From Candidatus Omnitrophota bacterium (GTDB lineage Bacteria; Omnitrophota; Gorgyraeia; Zapsychrales; Zapsychraceae): a stretch of 64,000 bases of DNA. Location of the stretch: positions 12,163-76,162 of the forward strand of contig JADFYJ010000009.1 in the NCBI GenBank assembly GCA_015233115.1, written 5' to 3'. The notes under the pieces are model-generated. The model was not told the origin of the DNA. It did no database searches and saw only the letters and a list, made by a program, of their open reading frames with translations. Every line of letters begins with the position of its first letter. Position 1 is the stretch's first letter. The position numbers and the translations under genes were made by a program. This document shows positions 50,764-60,273 of the stretch, piece after piece.

Positions 50764-51537
50764 ATGACTATTAAAGAAATTTTAGAAATTGAAAATAATA
50801 ATAACGATTCCATTGTTCTATTAAAAGAAGGGATGTTTTTTCGGGCGTATAACCAATCCGCCATGCGGCTTTCAACCCAAATAAAGAAATTTAAAATAAA
50901 TGTGAAACTGATCAAGTATTTGCAAAAAACAATTTTTTATTGCGGTTTTCCGCAAAGTATTCTGCCACAAATTAAGGATATGTGTTTAGCCAAAAGTTAC
51001 CAACCGATGGACCACCGCGTCGGTGGTCCATCGGTAGCCGGAGCGGTGATTTTTGCCAGTGACGTGTCACATGGGTTAAATTTTGATTCATGGACCAAAG
51101 AGATTTTAAAAGAAATAGCTGTGACCGGAGGAGTAAAAAAAGCCAAGCAATTGACACCATCGGTGACACCGGTTGTTGAAAAACATTATGATTTGATCAT
51201 GTGGTTTCTGCCGAAATTGGCGAATTTTCCCAAAGATCAACGCTTTTTATTGGCAGACCGTATCGAAGGCATGTTATTGGATATTCTGGGTATGTTGATT
51301 GAAGCCGTTTTCGCGAACGAAAGGGAAGAAATTTTAAAAAAGGCCAACTTAAAAATCGATCAATTGCGTTATCTCGTGAGAATTACCAAAGACATGAAAT
51401 ATATTTCTTTAAGCCAGTATGATTTTTTTTCATTAAAAATAATAGAAATAGGCCGCATGGTGGGCGGATGGAAAAAGGCTGCGATAGAAAAGACCAGAGA
51501 GCCGGCGTTTACGGATGTTGGCAGCGGTAAGGTATAA
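50764..51537 (+). CDS. avd: MutS-domain-I-like / Avd fusion, DGR accessory protein
   Basis: N-terminal IVLLKEGMFFRAYNQSA..CGFP; C-terminal FPKDQRFLLADRI..LRYLVRI..EIGRMVGGW four-helix Avd signature; directly upstream of TR. Confidence 0.85.
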   Translation: MTIKEILEIENNNNDSIVLLKEGMFFRAYNQSAMRLSTQIKKFKINVKLIKYLQKTIFYCGFPQSILPQIKDMCLAKSYQPMDHRVGGPSVAGAVIFASDVSHGLNFDSWTKEILKEIAVTGGVKKAKQLTPSVTPVVEKHYDLIMWFLPKLANFPKDQRFLLADRIEGMLLDILGMLIEAVFANEREEILKKANLKIDQLRYLVRITKDMKYISLSQYDFFSLKIIEIGRMVGGWKKAAIEKTREPAFTDVGSGKV

Positions 51538-51662
51538 AAAGAGAAGTCCAGACCAAAGACCGCGCCGATGAAATCGGGAAATATAGCAATAACTGTTTCC
51601 GGCCGCGGCTGGGAACACGATATAACAGTAAAAAGGTTTTTGGTCGTTTAAAATTGGCCCGC

Positions 51663-51776
51663 GGCATGCGCGGCGGCACGTGGAACAACACGTCGACGAA
51701 CGAGACAACCGCTGACCGGAACAACGGGGCGAACACGAACACGAATCGTAACAACAATAACGGGTTTCGTGCCTGA
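51663..51776 (+). ncRNA. DGR template repeat (TR)
   Basis: 12 AAY triplets in the VR frame; located between avd and the RT remnant. Confidence 0.95.
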
Positions 51777-51789
51777 AGACAACTTTTAT

Positions 51790-52028
51790 ATGAATCCATC
51801 ATTGTTTGAACAGATTATTGCCAGAGAAAATCTTTTCATCTCCGCTCACCGTGCGGCTCTTGGGAAAAGATTTCGCGAAAATATCGCGGATTGGAAATAT
51901 CGGATGGAAAATGAAGTTGAAATGCGGTTACATCGGAAGGAAAAAAGTGCGGTTTGCCGATTGGCAATTTGACGAGCCAGTTCTTCGCGAATTTATATTT
52001 GCATGAGCTGGATTGGTTTGTGTGGTGA
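51790..52028 (+). pseudogene. DGR reverse transcriptase remnant (internal deletion, frameshift, truncation)
   Basis: MNPSLFEQIIARENLF..A.LGKR, then in another frame [25 protein letters not shown]-stop; no YxDD. Confidence 0.85.
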
Positions 52029-52103
52029 AACAAAAAGACTAAGGGTTAAAATGTTGCAAAGAATTTTTACAAGCAATGACGGCCTAGGGTGGCCGTATAG
52101 AAA

Positions 52104-52427
52104 TTAGATCAACCGGATGCCGTGTTTTTTGATTTCGTGAATGATAGCAAGGTCAGAGTGAAAATCTTGAGGGTTGAATCCAATTGGTTCAATGGGGTAA
52201 AGAAGATTAAGGCGGCGCTTAGAAAGCAAATATTGAATGGCGCTGACCGGGTCGGAGAATTTAGATGAAACAACACATAAATCGACATCGCTGTATTTAT
52301 TGGTACGGCCATAAGCATATGAGCCAAACAAAAAAGCTTGCTCAATCGGCAGGTGATCTGCCTTAAGCGATTGAAGATAAAGGCGAATTACTGTTTTTAA
52401 TGTTTTGGATAAAATTTTTTGAGACAT
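52104..52427 (-). CDS. Minimal nucleotidyltransferase (MNT) antitoxin-like
   Basis: LFGSYAYG..SDVDL. Confidence 0.85.
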   Translation of the reverse strand: MSQKILSKTLKTVIRLYLQSLKADHLPIEQAFLFGSYAYGRTNKYSDVDLCVVSSKFSDPVSAIQYLLSKRRLNLLYPIEPIGFNPQDFHSDLAIIHEIKKHGIRLI

Positions 52428-52792
52428 AGCATTAGATTTTTGGTTTTTAATACATATTTTTCGGTGTAAATTTTAGTACATTTTTTGTAAAACATAAATT
52501 TATAGTCGCTGTATCGGCCGGCAATGTTAAATGCGGAGATGGCTTTTAGATCATTGATATCATTGGAAGTCAAAGAAAGGTTAGCCATAACAGCAAGCCG
52601 TTCAAGATCATGAATATAAGGCGGATGCTGTTTAGTATGAAGAGTCACAAGACCTTTTAAAAATTTTTCAAGAGTCAAATGACAAAAAAATAGACAAGCA
52701 TCGTAACGTTTAATTTTAAACAGCCCGGAGACGGTTTTCCAGTCTCGTGAAGCTAATTTTTTCCAATGATTGGCATATTGTTGATGAGTCAT
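52397..52792 (-). CDS. HEPN domain protein
   Basis: FFCHLTLEKFLK..PPYIHDL..RY; overlaps the MNT gene. Confidence 0.85.
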   Translation of the reverse strand: MTHQQYANHWKKLASRDWKTVSGLFKIKRYDACLFFCHLTLEKFLKGLVTLHTKQHPPYIHDLERLAVMANLSLTSNDINDLKAISAFNIAGRYSDYKFMFYKKCTKIYTEKYVLKTKNLMLCLKKFYPKH

Positions 52793-53050
52793 GAAAAAAG
52801 TATAGCAGATTCTTGAGGAGAGTCAATAGATGCAGGGTAGAGGTTGATATACCATAAATTTGAAATATTAAGGCTTAATATGACTGTTAAGAATAGGGGA
52901 CAGTGCTCTATTTTTGGATGAACCGGTGCCATTTCGGCGCCGGTTATCGGAAGTAAGGAGATGTGATAATTTTTTTAAGACAGCAAATTGTCGCTTGTAT
53001 TTTTTTAGGTTTATTATTTTTGTTTTAAACAAAATGGATCACTAATTAAC

Positions 53051-54874
53051 ATGAAACGAATGTTGTCCATATTTTTGGGATTGATCAGTTTCTTCACATT
53101 GGCGGTGACGACTGCTTTTGCTGTTCAAGACGGCATGGGTCGCGACATTTTTCTCGGCAATGTGGGAATTGGTATAACTGCGCCGACCCAATCGTTGGAA
53201 GTTACTGGTGTTGGTAAATTTAATGGTGTCATGATAGCCCAGGATTTAACCATGGGCACAAACACAGCCGGATATATGCTGGTCGGGGATGGCAATGGTT
53301 TCGCGCCTGTCGCGATGAGCGGGGATGTAACAATAGACAAATTGGGTGTGACGAAAATAAATGTCTCTGGCGCCTCAACAACTGTCGCCATCACCAATGA
53401 CACATCCACTAACGCCACTATGAATTTGGTCTGGTCAGCAGGGACGAACGGGAATCAGGCGCTGAAGGTTTCGTCGACTGGGTTTATGTATAATCCATCG
53501 CTGGGGAATATCGGTATTGGTACCTCAGCATTAACTACTTCCAGATTGCATGTTCGCGGCGCGGGAACGACTACTGGAGAGGCCTTTGCTGTGCAAGATT
53601 CTACTTTGTCAGATAATTTTGTGGTTTTGGATAATGGGAATGTGGGTATTGGAAATACAACTAACATATTTTCTAAATTGACAGTCAATGCTCCCTATAA
53701 CTCTACAAATAATGTTCCGGACGCGTTATTGGCTTCTGCTTCGACGGGTATTGGCGATGTCGCGACTAATTATAGGTATGTTGGTGAGTTTCAGGCAAGG
53801 GCGGGGAATACTAGCCGCTTGCAAATTGCCGCTTACCGCCGTCTTGCTGGATCAAACTGGACCGGGTTAGGGTGGCGGTTACAATACGCGGTTGATACTT
53901 CATTTTCAGATGGTTCCAAGGCTTACATAGAAATTGGAGGCGATGATCCCAATAATGCCAGCGGAGGGTTTATATCTTTAGGGACTGAAGGCCTTGATCG
54001 TTTAGTGGCTACTTCGGCGGGGAACATTGGCATTGGGACAACGGCTCCTTCCCAAAAATTAGAAGTCGCTGGTGTCGGTAAATTCATTGGTGCCATATTA
54101 TCTCAAGATTTAACCATGTCCACGAACACGGCCGGTTACGTCTTAGCGGCTGACGGAAATGGTTTTGCTCCCATGCAAATGACCGGCGATGTGACGATTG
54201 ATAAAACCGGACACACTTATGTTGGGTCAGTCGCGAATGTCGCCATCACCAATGATGTTTCTACCAATGCCACCATGAATTTGGTCTGGTCAGCTGGTGT
54301 AAGCGGAAATCAGGCGTTGAAAGTTTCTTCGACCGGGCTGATGTATAATCCGTCGTTAGGAAATATTGGAATCGGAACCTCGGATTTAACCGGCGCCAGG
54401 TTGAGGGTTCGCAGCGTAGGCGGAACAACTGGCCAGGCGTTTTCTGTGCAAGACACAACGCTGAATGACAGATTTACGGTTTTGGATAATGGCAATGTGG
54501 GAATAGGGACAAGCGCGCCTGGCGTTAAATTGAATGTATCGGGTGGTTCGGCAGTCGTGAATGAAAAATCTTTAACGACCACAGCTACCATCAATATCGA
54601 TTGGTCTTTAGGTAATCAGCAATATGTCGGTCTTAATCAAGCTGGCCATACTATTACTTTCACAAATGCGTTGGCAGGGGAAGCTGTTCGCCTCATCATG
54701 TGCCAAAGCAACGCGAATAGCACGGTCACTACCTGGGACGCTTCAATAGTCTGGTCCGGAGGCTCAGCCCCAACTTTATCCACCACTGCGGGCAAATGCG
54801 ATGTGTGCTCTTTTATCGCGACCAACGCCAAAGGCTCACTTAAAGTGCTGGGGACGGCTACGACGAATTTTTAA
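53051..54874 (+). CDS. Exported tail-fibre/adhesin-like protein with GNxGIG repeats and an internal duplication
   Basis: Signal peptide; six GN(V/I)GIG motifs; duplicated QDLTM..AITND.STNATMNLVWSAG..YNPSLGNIGIG block. Confidence 0.7.
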   Translation: MKRMLSIFLGLISFFTLAVTTAFAVQDGMGRDIFLGNVGIGITAPTQSLEVTGVGKFNGVMIAQDLTMGTNTAGYMLVGDGNGFAPVAMSGDVTIDKLGVTKINVSGASTTVAITNDTSTNATMNLVWSAGTNGNQALKVSSTGFMYNPSLGNIGIGTSALTTSRLHVRGAGTTTGEAFAVQDSTLSDNFVVLDNGNVGIGNTTNIFSKLTVNAPYNSTNNVPDALLASASTGIGDVATNYRYVGEFQARAGNTSRLQIAAYRRLAGSNWTGLGWRLQYAVDTSFSDGSKAYIEIGGDDPNNASGGFISLGTEGLDRLVATSAGNIGIGTTAPSQKLEVAGVGKFIGAILSQDLTMSTNTAGYVLAADGNGFAPMQMTGDVTIDKTGHTYVGSVANVAITNDVSTNATMNLVWSAGVSGNQALKVSSTGLMYNPSLGNIGIGTSDLTGARLRVRSVGGTTGQAFSVQDTTLNDRFTVLDNGNVGIGTSAPGVKLNVSGGSAVVNEKSLTTTATINIDWSLGNQQYVGLNQAGHTITFTNALAGEAVRLIMCQSNANSTVTTWDASIVWSGGSAPTLSTTAGKCDVCSFIATNAKGSLKVLGTATTNF

Positions 54875-55066
54875 ATTTTATGGAATTTTTTTAATCTTCC
54901 TGGGAATTTAGATCATTTTAAGTTAAATTAAGCTATTTTAAGTCCATTTAAGTTTTTTTCATTTTTGCTGTTGATTATTTATAATTTCTTTGTACAATTA
55001 ATAAATCGATTAAATTTATTATTAATCAGCAGATATTGAAAGGCGCAGTTTTTTCGCTGATATAAC

Positions 55067-56959
55067 ATGCAAAATCACGTTCCTTTTCTCTTATATTCCT
55101 TGATGCTTTTCCCATTAGCCATTGCTGTCTTGTCCTTAATTAATCGCTGGCCTGGCTTATTTAAAAAATTTATTTATCCGGCTGTTATCGTTTTAATTGC
55201 TGGGTCATTGGCTTTACTGGCTATTCCGTTAAAAGGGACGCCTATCTTTGTTGCTGCAGATTTTAGCTGGGTTGAGCAGGCGATGTTGGTTATCGAAGTA
55301 TTGTTAGCCGTGTATCTTTTATGGCTAGCATTGAAACGCAAGGATTTGATTGTCACAGCTTTGTTAGTCGTCCAGACTTCCATTTTATTATTCTTCCATT
55401 TTGGAGCAGGCCATCACGCGCACGCCGAAGCCAATCTTTTCCTGGATCTTTTTTCAGTTATCATGGCTTTAATAATTGGGGTGATCGGCAGTTTAATTGC
55501 CATGTACGCAGTAGGTTATATGGAAGACTTCCATGAACATCATGCGGAAGTCAAAGACCGTAGGCCGTTATTTTTAGGGCTGATTTTTATTTTTCTTTCC
55601 GCCATGTTTGGCGTTTGCTTCTCTAATAATCTTATGTGGTTATTATTCTTCTGGGAGATCACTACAGTTTGTTCTTTCTTACTTATCGGATATAAGGGAG
55701 ATGAACAATCCATCACCAATTCGTTTTTAGCTTTGCGCTGGAATCTTTTAGGCGGGTTGGCCTTTTTATTGGGGATTGTTATCCTGTTTAAGAATTGTCA
55801 CACTATTGAATTAAACCAGATGATGACTTTATCAAAATCTTTGGTCATGTTGCCGGTTGCTTTATTATGTTTTGCCGGTATTACTAAATCCGCTCAATTG
55901 CCCTGCTCCTCATGGTTAGTCGGAGCCATGGTTGCGCCGACACCGGTATCTGCTTTGCTTCATTCCAGCACCATGGTTAAAGCTGGTGTTTATCTGGTTT
56001 TGCGTTTTGCCGGACAATTAGGGGGAACAACATTAGGTTTGTTTGTAGCGATGATCGGTCTCGCAACCTTTTTGATCGGGTCTTTTATTTGTATCAGTCA
56101 AAATGACGGTAAAAAGATTTTGGCTTATTCCACGATCGCGAATTTGGGTTTGATCATTCTTTGCGCTGGTGTCGGAACATACGAAGCTGTATGGGCAGGG
56201 ATACTTTTAATTATTTTCCATGCTATCGCAAAAGGCCTTTTGTTTTTGTGCGTGGGAGCAATTGAACATCAGACCGGAAGCCGTCAGGTAGAAGATATGA
56301 CAGGATTAATTGTGCGGTTGCCGAAAATAGCCGTCATGCTGCAGATTGGTATAGCAGGCATGTTCTTGGCGCCGTTTGGTATGCTGATTAGCAAATGGGC
56401 TGTTTTGAGAGCGATCGTTGATTTTAGCCCGTTCATGGCGGTGTTTTTGATATTCGGTAGTGCGGCGACATTATTTTTCTGGGTCAAGTGGATTGGGAAA
56501 ATTTTGATTGTTGACCGGGTATATGAAAAAATTGAGACCAGATTACCCTCTGGTCAAATGATTGCTATGGGTACACTTTCCGTGTTAACTGTTTTGATCT
56601 GCGGTTGTTTTGCGGTAGTTGCGCATTATATGATTGATCCTTATGTTGCCGCGATTTATGGAAATGTGACAGTATTAAGTCAAGGAAATGTGGTTGTTAT
56701 GGGTATCATGCTTTTGATGGTGTGTTTATTCCCGGTCACATTTTTAGATTATGGGAGCGGGGTTAAAATGGCAGATCCTTATTTAGGCGGAGCTAATGTG
56801 GGCACAGGAAATCAATACCGCGGCGCTTTGGCAGTGAAAGATATGGAAATGAAAAATTATTATTTGGACGATTATTTTAATGAAGGCCGGTTAATGACTT
56901 TGGGTGTGATGCTGGGTGTGATTTTTAGCCTGGGCCTTATTGTATGGGGGGGAATGTGA
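55067..56959 (+). CDS. echA: Ech-type hydrogenase subunit A (NuoL-like antiporter)
   Basis: FWEITT, KSAQLP, AMVAPTPVSALLHSSTMVKAG, LAYSTI. Confidence 0.85.
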   Translation: MQNHVPFLLYSLMLFPLAIAVLSLINRWPGLFKKFIYPAVIVLIAGSLALLAIPLKGTPIFVAADFSWVEQAMLVIEVLLAVYLLWLALKRKDLIVTALLVVQTSILLFFHFGAGHHAHAEANLFLDLFSVIMALIIGVIGSLIAMYAVGYMEDFHEHHAEVKDRRPLFLGLIFIFLSAMFGVCFSNNLMWLLFFWEITTVCSFLLIGYKGDEQSITNSFLALRWNLLGGLAFLLGIVILFKNCHTIELNQMMTLSKSLVMLPVALLCFAGITKSAQLPCSSWLVGAMVAPTPVSALLHSSTMVKAGVYLVLRFAGQLGGTTLGLFVAMIGLATFLIGSFICISQNDGKKILAYSTIANLGLIILCAGVGTYEAVWAGILLIIFHAIAKGLLFLCVGAIEHQTGSRQVEDMTGLIVRLPKIAVMLQIGIAGMFLAPFGMLISKWAVLRAIVDFSPFMAVFLIFGSAATLFFWVKWIGKILIVDRVYEKIETRLPSGQMIAMGTLSVLTVLICGCFAVVAHYMIDPYVAAIYGNVTVLSQGNVVVMGIMLLMVCLFPVTFLDYGSGVKMADPYLGGANVGTGNQYRGALAVKDMEMKNYYLDDYFNEGRLMTLGVMLGVIFSLGLIVWGGM

Positions 56960-56991
56960 CCTAAATTTCGAATTTGAATTCGAAATTTAGG
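56960..56991. repeat. Perfect 15-bp inverted repeat after echA stop
   Basis: cctaaatttcgaatt-tg-aattcgaaatttagg. Confidence 0.75.
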
Positions 56992-57137
56992 AGGAGATAT
57001 AGACGCCGTTGTAGGGGCGATCACCCGATCGCCCGTTATAAAATTATCGTTTTTTTATTTAAAATTGGTAAATATATTAGGACAAGCAGCATTAGAAATT
57101 TTAAAATCGATGGATTTAAATAGGAGTTGGTTATAAT

Positions 57138-57986
57138 ATGAACATATGGATTCTGATTGTATATTTGTTTGGCGCGCCGATTGTAGGTGGATTATTAGCC
57201 GGCTTGGATCGCAAGGTGACAGCCCGCATGCAAAGTCGTATGGGGCCGCCGATATTACAGCCGTTTTATGATGTGTTGAAACTTTTGAAAAAAGAAACGC
57301 TGGTCGTCCGTCCATCTCAAACACTGTACATGGAATTCTTTTTTATCCTGACTATTTTTACCGGCGCTTTGTTTTTTTCCGGCGGGGATTTACTGCTGAT
57401 TATTTTTGCGTTAACCTTGGCCTGTGTGTTTTTTGTCTTGGGAGGTTTTAAAGCCAGCTCGCCGTATAGTTTTATCGGCGCGCACCGCGAAGCTTTGCAG
57501 ATGATGGCATATGAACCTGCCTTACTGATGGTCGCTGTCGGAATGTATATGGTTACCAAGAGTTTTCAGGTGATTGATATTATCAAATATCCGACACCTT
57601 TGATTGTCGTTTTACCCGGCATATTTTTTGCTTTCTTTTTTATTCTACCGATTAAATTCCGTAAATCACCTTTCGATCTTTCCACATCCCATCACGCGCA
57701 TCAGGAATTAGTGAAGGGGATTTTGACGGAATTTTCCGGCAAGACTTTAGCGCTGATCGAAGTGGCGCATTGGTATGAAAATGTTTTTGTATTAGGTTTA
57801 GTGTATTTATTTTTTGCATCCAATGTCTGGCTGGGTTTGAGTATGGCGTTGGTCGTATTTTTGGCCCAGATGTTAATTGACAATGCTTCAGCCAGAGTCA
57901 GATGGCAGGCTATGTTAGGGAGCGCCTGGCTGGTTGCTTTAGTCATCGGCGGTATAAATATTATTTATTTGATGGCGAGAGGCTAA
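57138..57986 (+). CDS. echB: Ech subunit B (NuoH-like)
   Basis: DRKVTARMQSRMGPP..QPFYDVLKL, KSPFD..HQE. Confidence 0.88.
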   Translation: MNIWILIVYLFGAPIVGGLLAGLDRKVTARMQSRMGPPILQPFYDVLKLLKKETLVVRPSQTLYMEFFFILTIFTGALFFSGGDLLLIIFALTLACVFFVLGGFKASSPYSFIGAHREALQMMAYEPALLMVAVGMYMVTKSFQVIDIIKYPTPLIVVLPGIFFAFFFILPIKFRKSPFDLSTSHHAHQELVKGILTEFSGKTLALIEVAHWYENVFVLGLVYLFFASNVWLGLSMALVVFLAQMLIDNASARVRWQAMLGSAWLVALVIGGINIIYLMARG

Positions 57987-58008
57987 ATAGGGAAATCCTA
58001 TTTAGCCT
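57980..58008. repeat. Hairpin overlapping echB stop
   Basis: aggctaaatagg-gaaat-cctatttagcct. Confidence 0.65.
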
Positions 58009-58195
58009 GTCACAAGACACAAGTCACATGTCACAAGGTCACAAAGGGTAGAAAAGATTATATAAAAGCGATTGGTGAATAAATTATTAATGAAAAATCA
58101 ATAATCAATTTTTATGTTAAATTTTTTGTTTTTACATTTCACTTTTCACGTATCACATTTCACTTTTGAAATGTCAAATGGACAGGACAGTTAAT

Positions 58196-58648
58196 ATGAG
58201 TATGTTATCAAAATCACCGTGGATTATTCATTATGATGGATCTAGCTGTAATGGTTGTGATATCGAAGTTTTGGCTGCTTTAATGCCAAGATATGATTTG
58301 GAACGTTTTGGTATTTTGAATACCGGAAATCCGAAACATGCGGATATCCTCTTATTGACCGGCTCAATTAATGAGCAAAATAAATCAGTGGTTCTTAATA
58401 TTTATAACCAAATGCCGAATCCAAAAGTGGTGATCGCCGTAGGAATATGCGCGACATCCGGCGGGGTTTTTAGAGAATGTTATAATGTTTTGGGTGGAGC
58501 GGACAAAGTTGTTCCAGTAGACGTTTACGTTCCATCCTGTCCGATTCGTCCGGAAGCATTAATTGACGCGGCCGTTAAAGCGTTAGGAATTTTAGAGAAA
58601 AAAAGAGTGGACTTAAAAACGGGGGACATGATACTTAATTCAAAATAA
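58196..58648 (+). CDS. echC: Ech subunit C (small subunit, NuoB-like)
   Basis: SCNGCDIE, PKHAD, VGICA..GG, VDVYVP.CP. Confidence 0.9.
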   Translation: MSMLSKSPWIIHYDGSSCNGCDIEVLAALMPRYDLERFGILNTGNPKHADILLLTGSINEQNKSVVLNIYNQMPNPKVVIAVGICATSGGVFRECYNVLGGADKVVPVDVYVPSCPIRPEALIDAAVKALGILEKKRVDLKTGDMILNSK

Positions 58649-58721
58649 ATTACTGAATTAAGTTTCGTGTCCCCCGATCTTCGAAAACTGAAATAATAAT
58701 GTTTGTTATAAAGGCGAAAAA

Positions 58722-59096
58722 ATGACACAGCAAACGATCACAGAAATTTCTATTGGCGATCTTTTAAATAAGGTCAGAGCATTTAAATATGAAGGCTGGC
58801 GCCTGGTACAGATCTGCTGTACAAAATTGCCGGATGTTTTAGAATTGCAGTATTCTTTTGATAAAGATTATGTTTTCAACAGCTTGAAAATTGTTTTAAA
58901 AGATACTTCGACGGCAGTTCCCAGTGTAAGCGGAATTTATTTAAGCGCTTTTCTTTATGAAAACGAAATCCATGATTTGTTTGGGATCAATGTGCAGGGT
59001 ATTGCGGTGGATTACAAAGGTGAATTTTACCGAACACAGGTGAAACACGGGTTTAACCAAGAAGTTCAGCCAGCAGGAGAGAAGAGTAATGAGTAA
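58722..59096 (+). CDS. echD: Ech subunit D (NuoC-like)
   Basis: GWRLVQICC, PSVS..Y..AFLYENEIHDLFG. Confidence 0.85.
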   Translation: MTQQTITEISIGDLLNKVRAFKYEGWRLVQICCTKLPDVLELQYSFDKDYVFNSLKIVLKDTSTAVPSVSGIYLSAFLYENEIHDLFGINVQGIAVDYKGEFYRTQVKHGFNQEVQPAGEKSNE

Positions 59097-60168
59097 GCGG
59101 ACCATTGTTCCTTTTGGCCCCCAGCATCCTGTTTTGCCTGAGCCGATCCATTTGGATCTGGTTTTGGAAGACGAGAAAGTGGTTGAGGCTATTCCTTCGA
59201 TTGGTTTTGTGCATCGCGGTTTGGAAAAATTAGTCGAGAAGCGGGATTTTATTGATTTTACGTATGTGGCAGAACGTATTTGCGGCATTTGTAGTTTTAT
59301 CCACGGCCTTACTTATTGCATGGCTGTTGAAGAACTTATGAAGATAGAAGTACCTGAACGCGCGCAGTATTTACGGACGATCTGGTCGGAATTGTCTCGT
59401 ATTCACAGCCATTTGCTTTGGCTTGGTTTAACCGCTGACGCTTTCGGTTTTGAAAATTTATTTATGCAATCATGGCGTTTACGCGAATATATTTTAGATA
59501 TAATTGAAGAAACAACCGGCGGCCGGGTTATTTTTGGCTCAGCCAAAATCGGCGGTGTCCGCCGGGATATTACTCCTGAAAAATTGGATGAGATTTTAAA
59601 GAAAATACGTTCTTATCAAAAAGAAATGTTAGAGATTGGTTCTTATTTTCTCGAAGATTCTACTGTCAAGCATCGTTTACAGGGAATTGGTATTTTGTCA
59701 AAAGAAGATGCCCAGGCTTTAGGCGCGGTTGGTCCTATGTTACGCGCCAGCGGTGTGTCTATGGATATCCGTATGATGGGTTATGCCGCTTATGGTAAAG
59801 TGGGATTCGCTCCGGTTGTTGAAACGGCCGGTGATTCATATGCCCGCTGTAAAGTGCGTATTCGTGAATTAGACCAATCCGTCGATATTATTGAAAAATG
59901 CGTTCAGCAGATGAAAGAAGGCCCGGTGGAGATTAAGGTAACCGGTTTTCCGAATGGAGAATTTTTTGCCCGGTCTGAACAGCCGCGCGGGGAAGTTATT
60001 TATTACGCGAAAGCCAATGGTACGAAATTTTTACAAAGAATGCGCGTGCGTACTCCGACCTTTGCTAATATCACGCCGTTATTATCAGTATTAAAAGGCT
60101 GTCAATTAGCTGATGTTCCGATCTTAGTATTGACCATTGATCCTTGCATTAGTTGTGCGGAAAGATAA
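59089..60168 (+). CDS. echE: Ech [NiFe] large subunit
   Basis: GPQHP, RICGICSFIH (L1), DPCISCAER (L2) with no C-terminal extension. Confidence 0.93.
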   Translation: MSKRTIVPFGPQHPVLPEPIHLDLVLEDEKVVEAIPSIGFVHRGLEKLVEKRDFIDFTYVAERICGICSFIHGLTYCMAVEELMKIEVPERAQYLRTIWSELSRIHSHLLWLGLTADAFGFENLFMQSWRLREYILDIIEETTGGRVIFGSAKIGGVRRDITPEKLDEILKKIRSYQKEMLEIGSYFLEDSTVKHRLQGIGILSKEDAQALGAVGPMLRASGVSMDIRMMGYAAYGKVGFAPVVETAGDSYARCKVRIRELDQSVDIIEKCVQQMKEGPVEIKVTGFPNGEFFARSEQPRGEVIYYAKANGTKFLQRMRVRTPTFANITPLLSVLKGCQLADVPILVLTIDPCISCAER

Positions 60169-60273
60169 AAATATAGACTGTAAAGGTCACAAAGTCACAA
60201 GGTCACAAAGGGAAGTAAAGATAAGAAAAGCGATTGGTGAGAAAAAAACATTAAATATATTGGATAAGATAAT

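Noticed and set aside
51433-52033. Short ORFs on both strands across TR/RT
   Set aside because: Shadows of the non-coding TR and RT remnant; no recognisable products
53051-54874. Second DGR target
   Set aside because: No segment matching the TR found by eye in this gene or in 47574..48746
47574-54874. Prophage
   Set aside because: No integrase, terminase, capsid or portal genes; fibre-like proteins carry signal peptides
55025-55062. Riboswitch-like stem upstream of echA (atcagc..gctgat)
   Set aside because: Only a 6-bp stem; no family consensus recognised; needs an Rfam/Infernal scan
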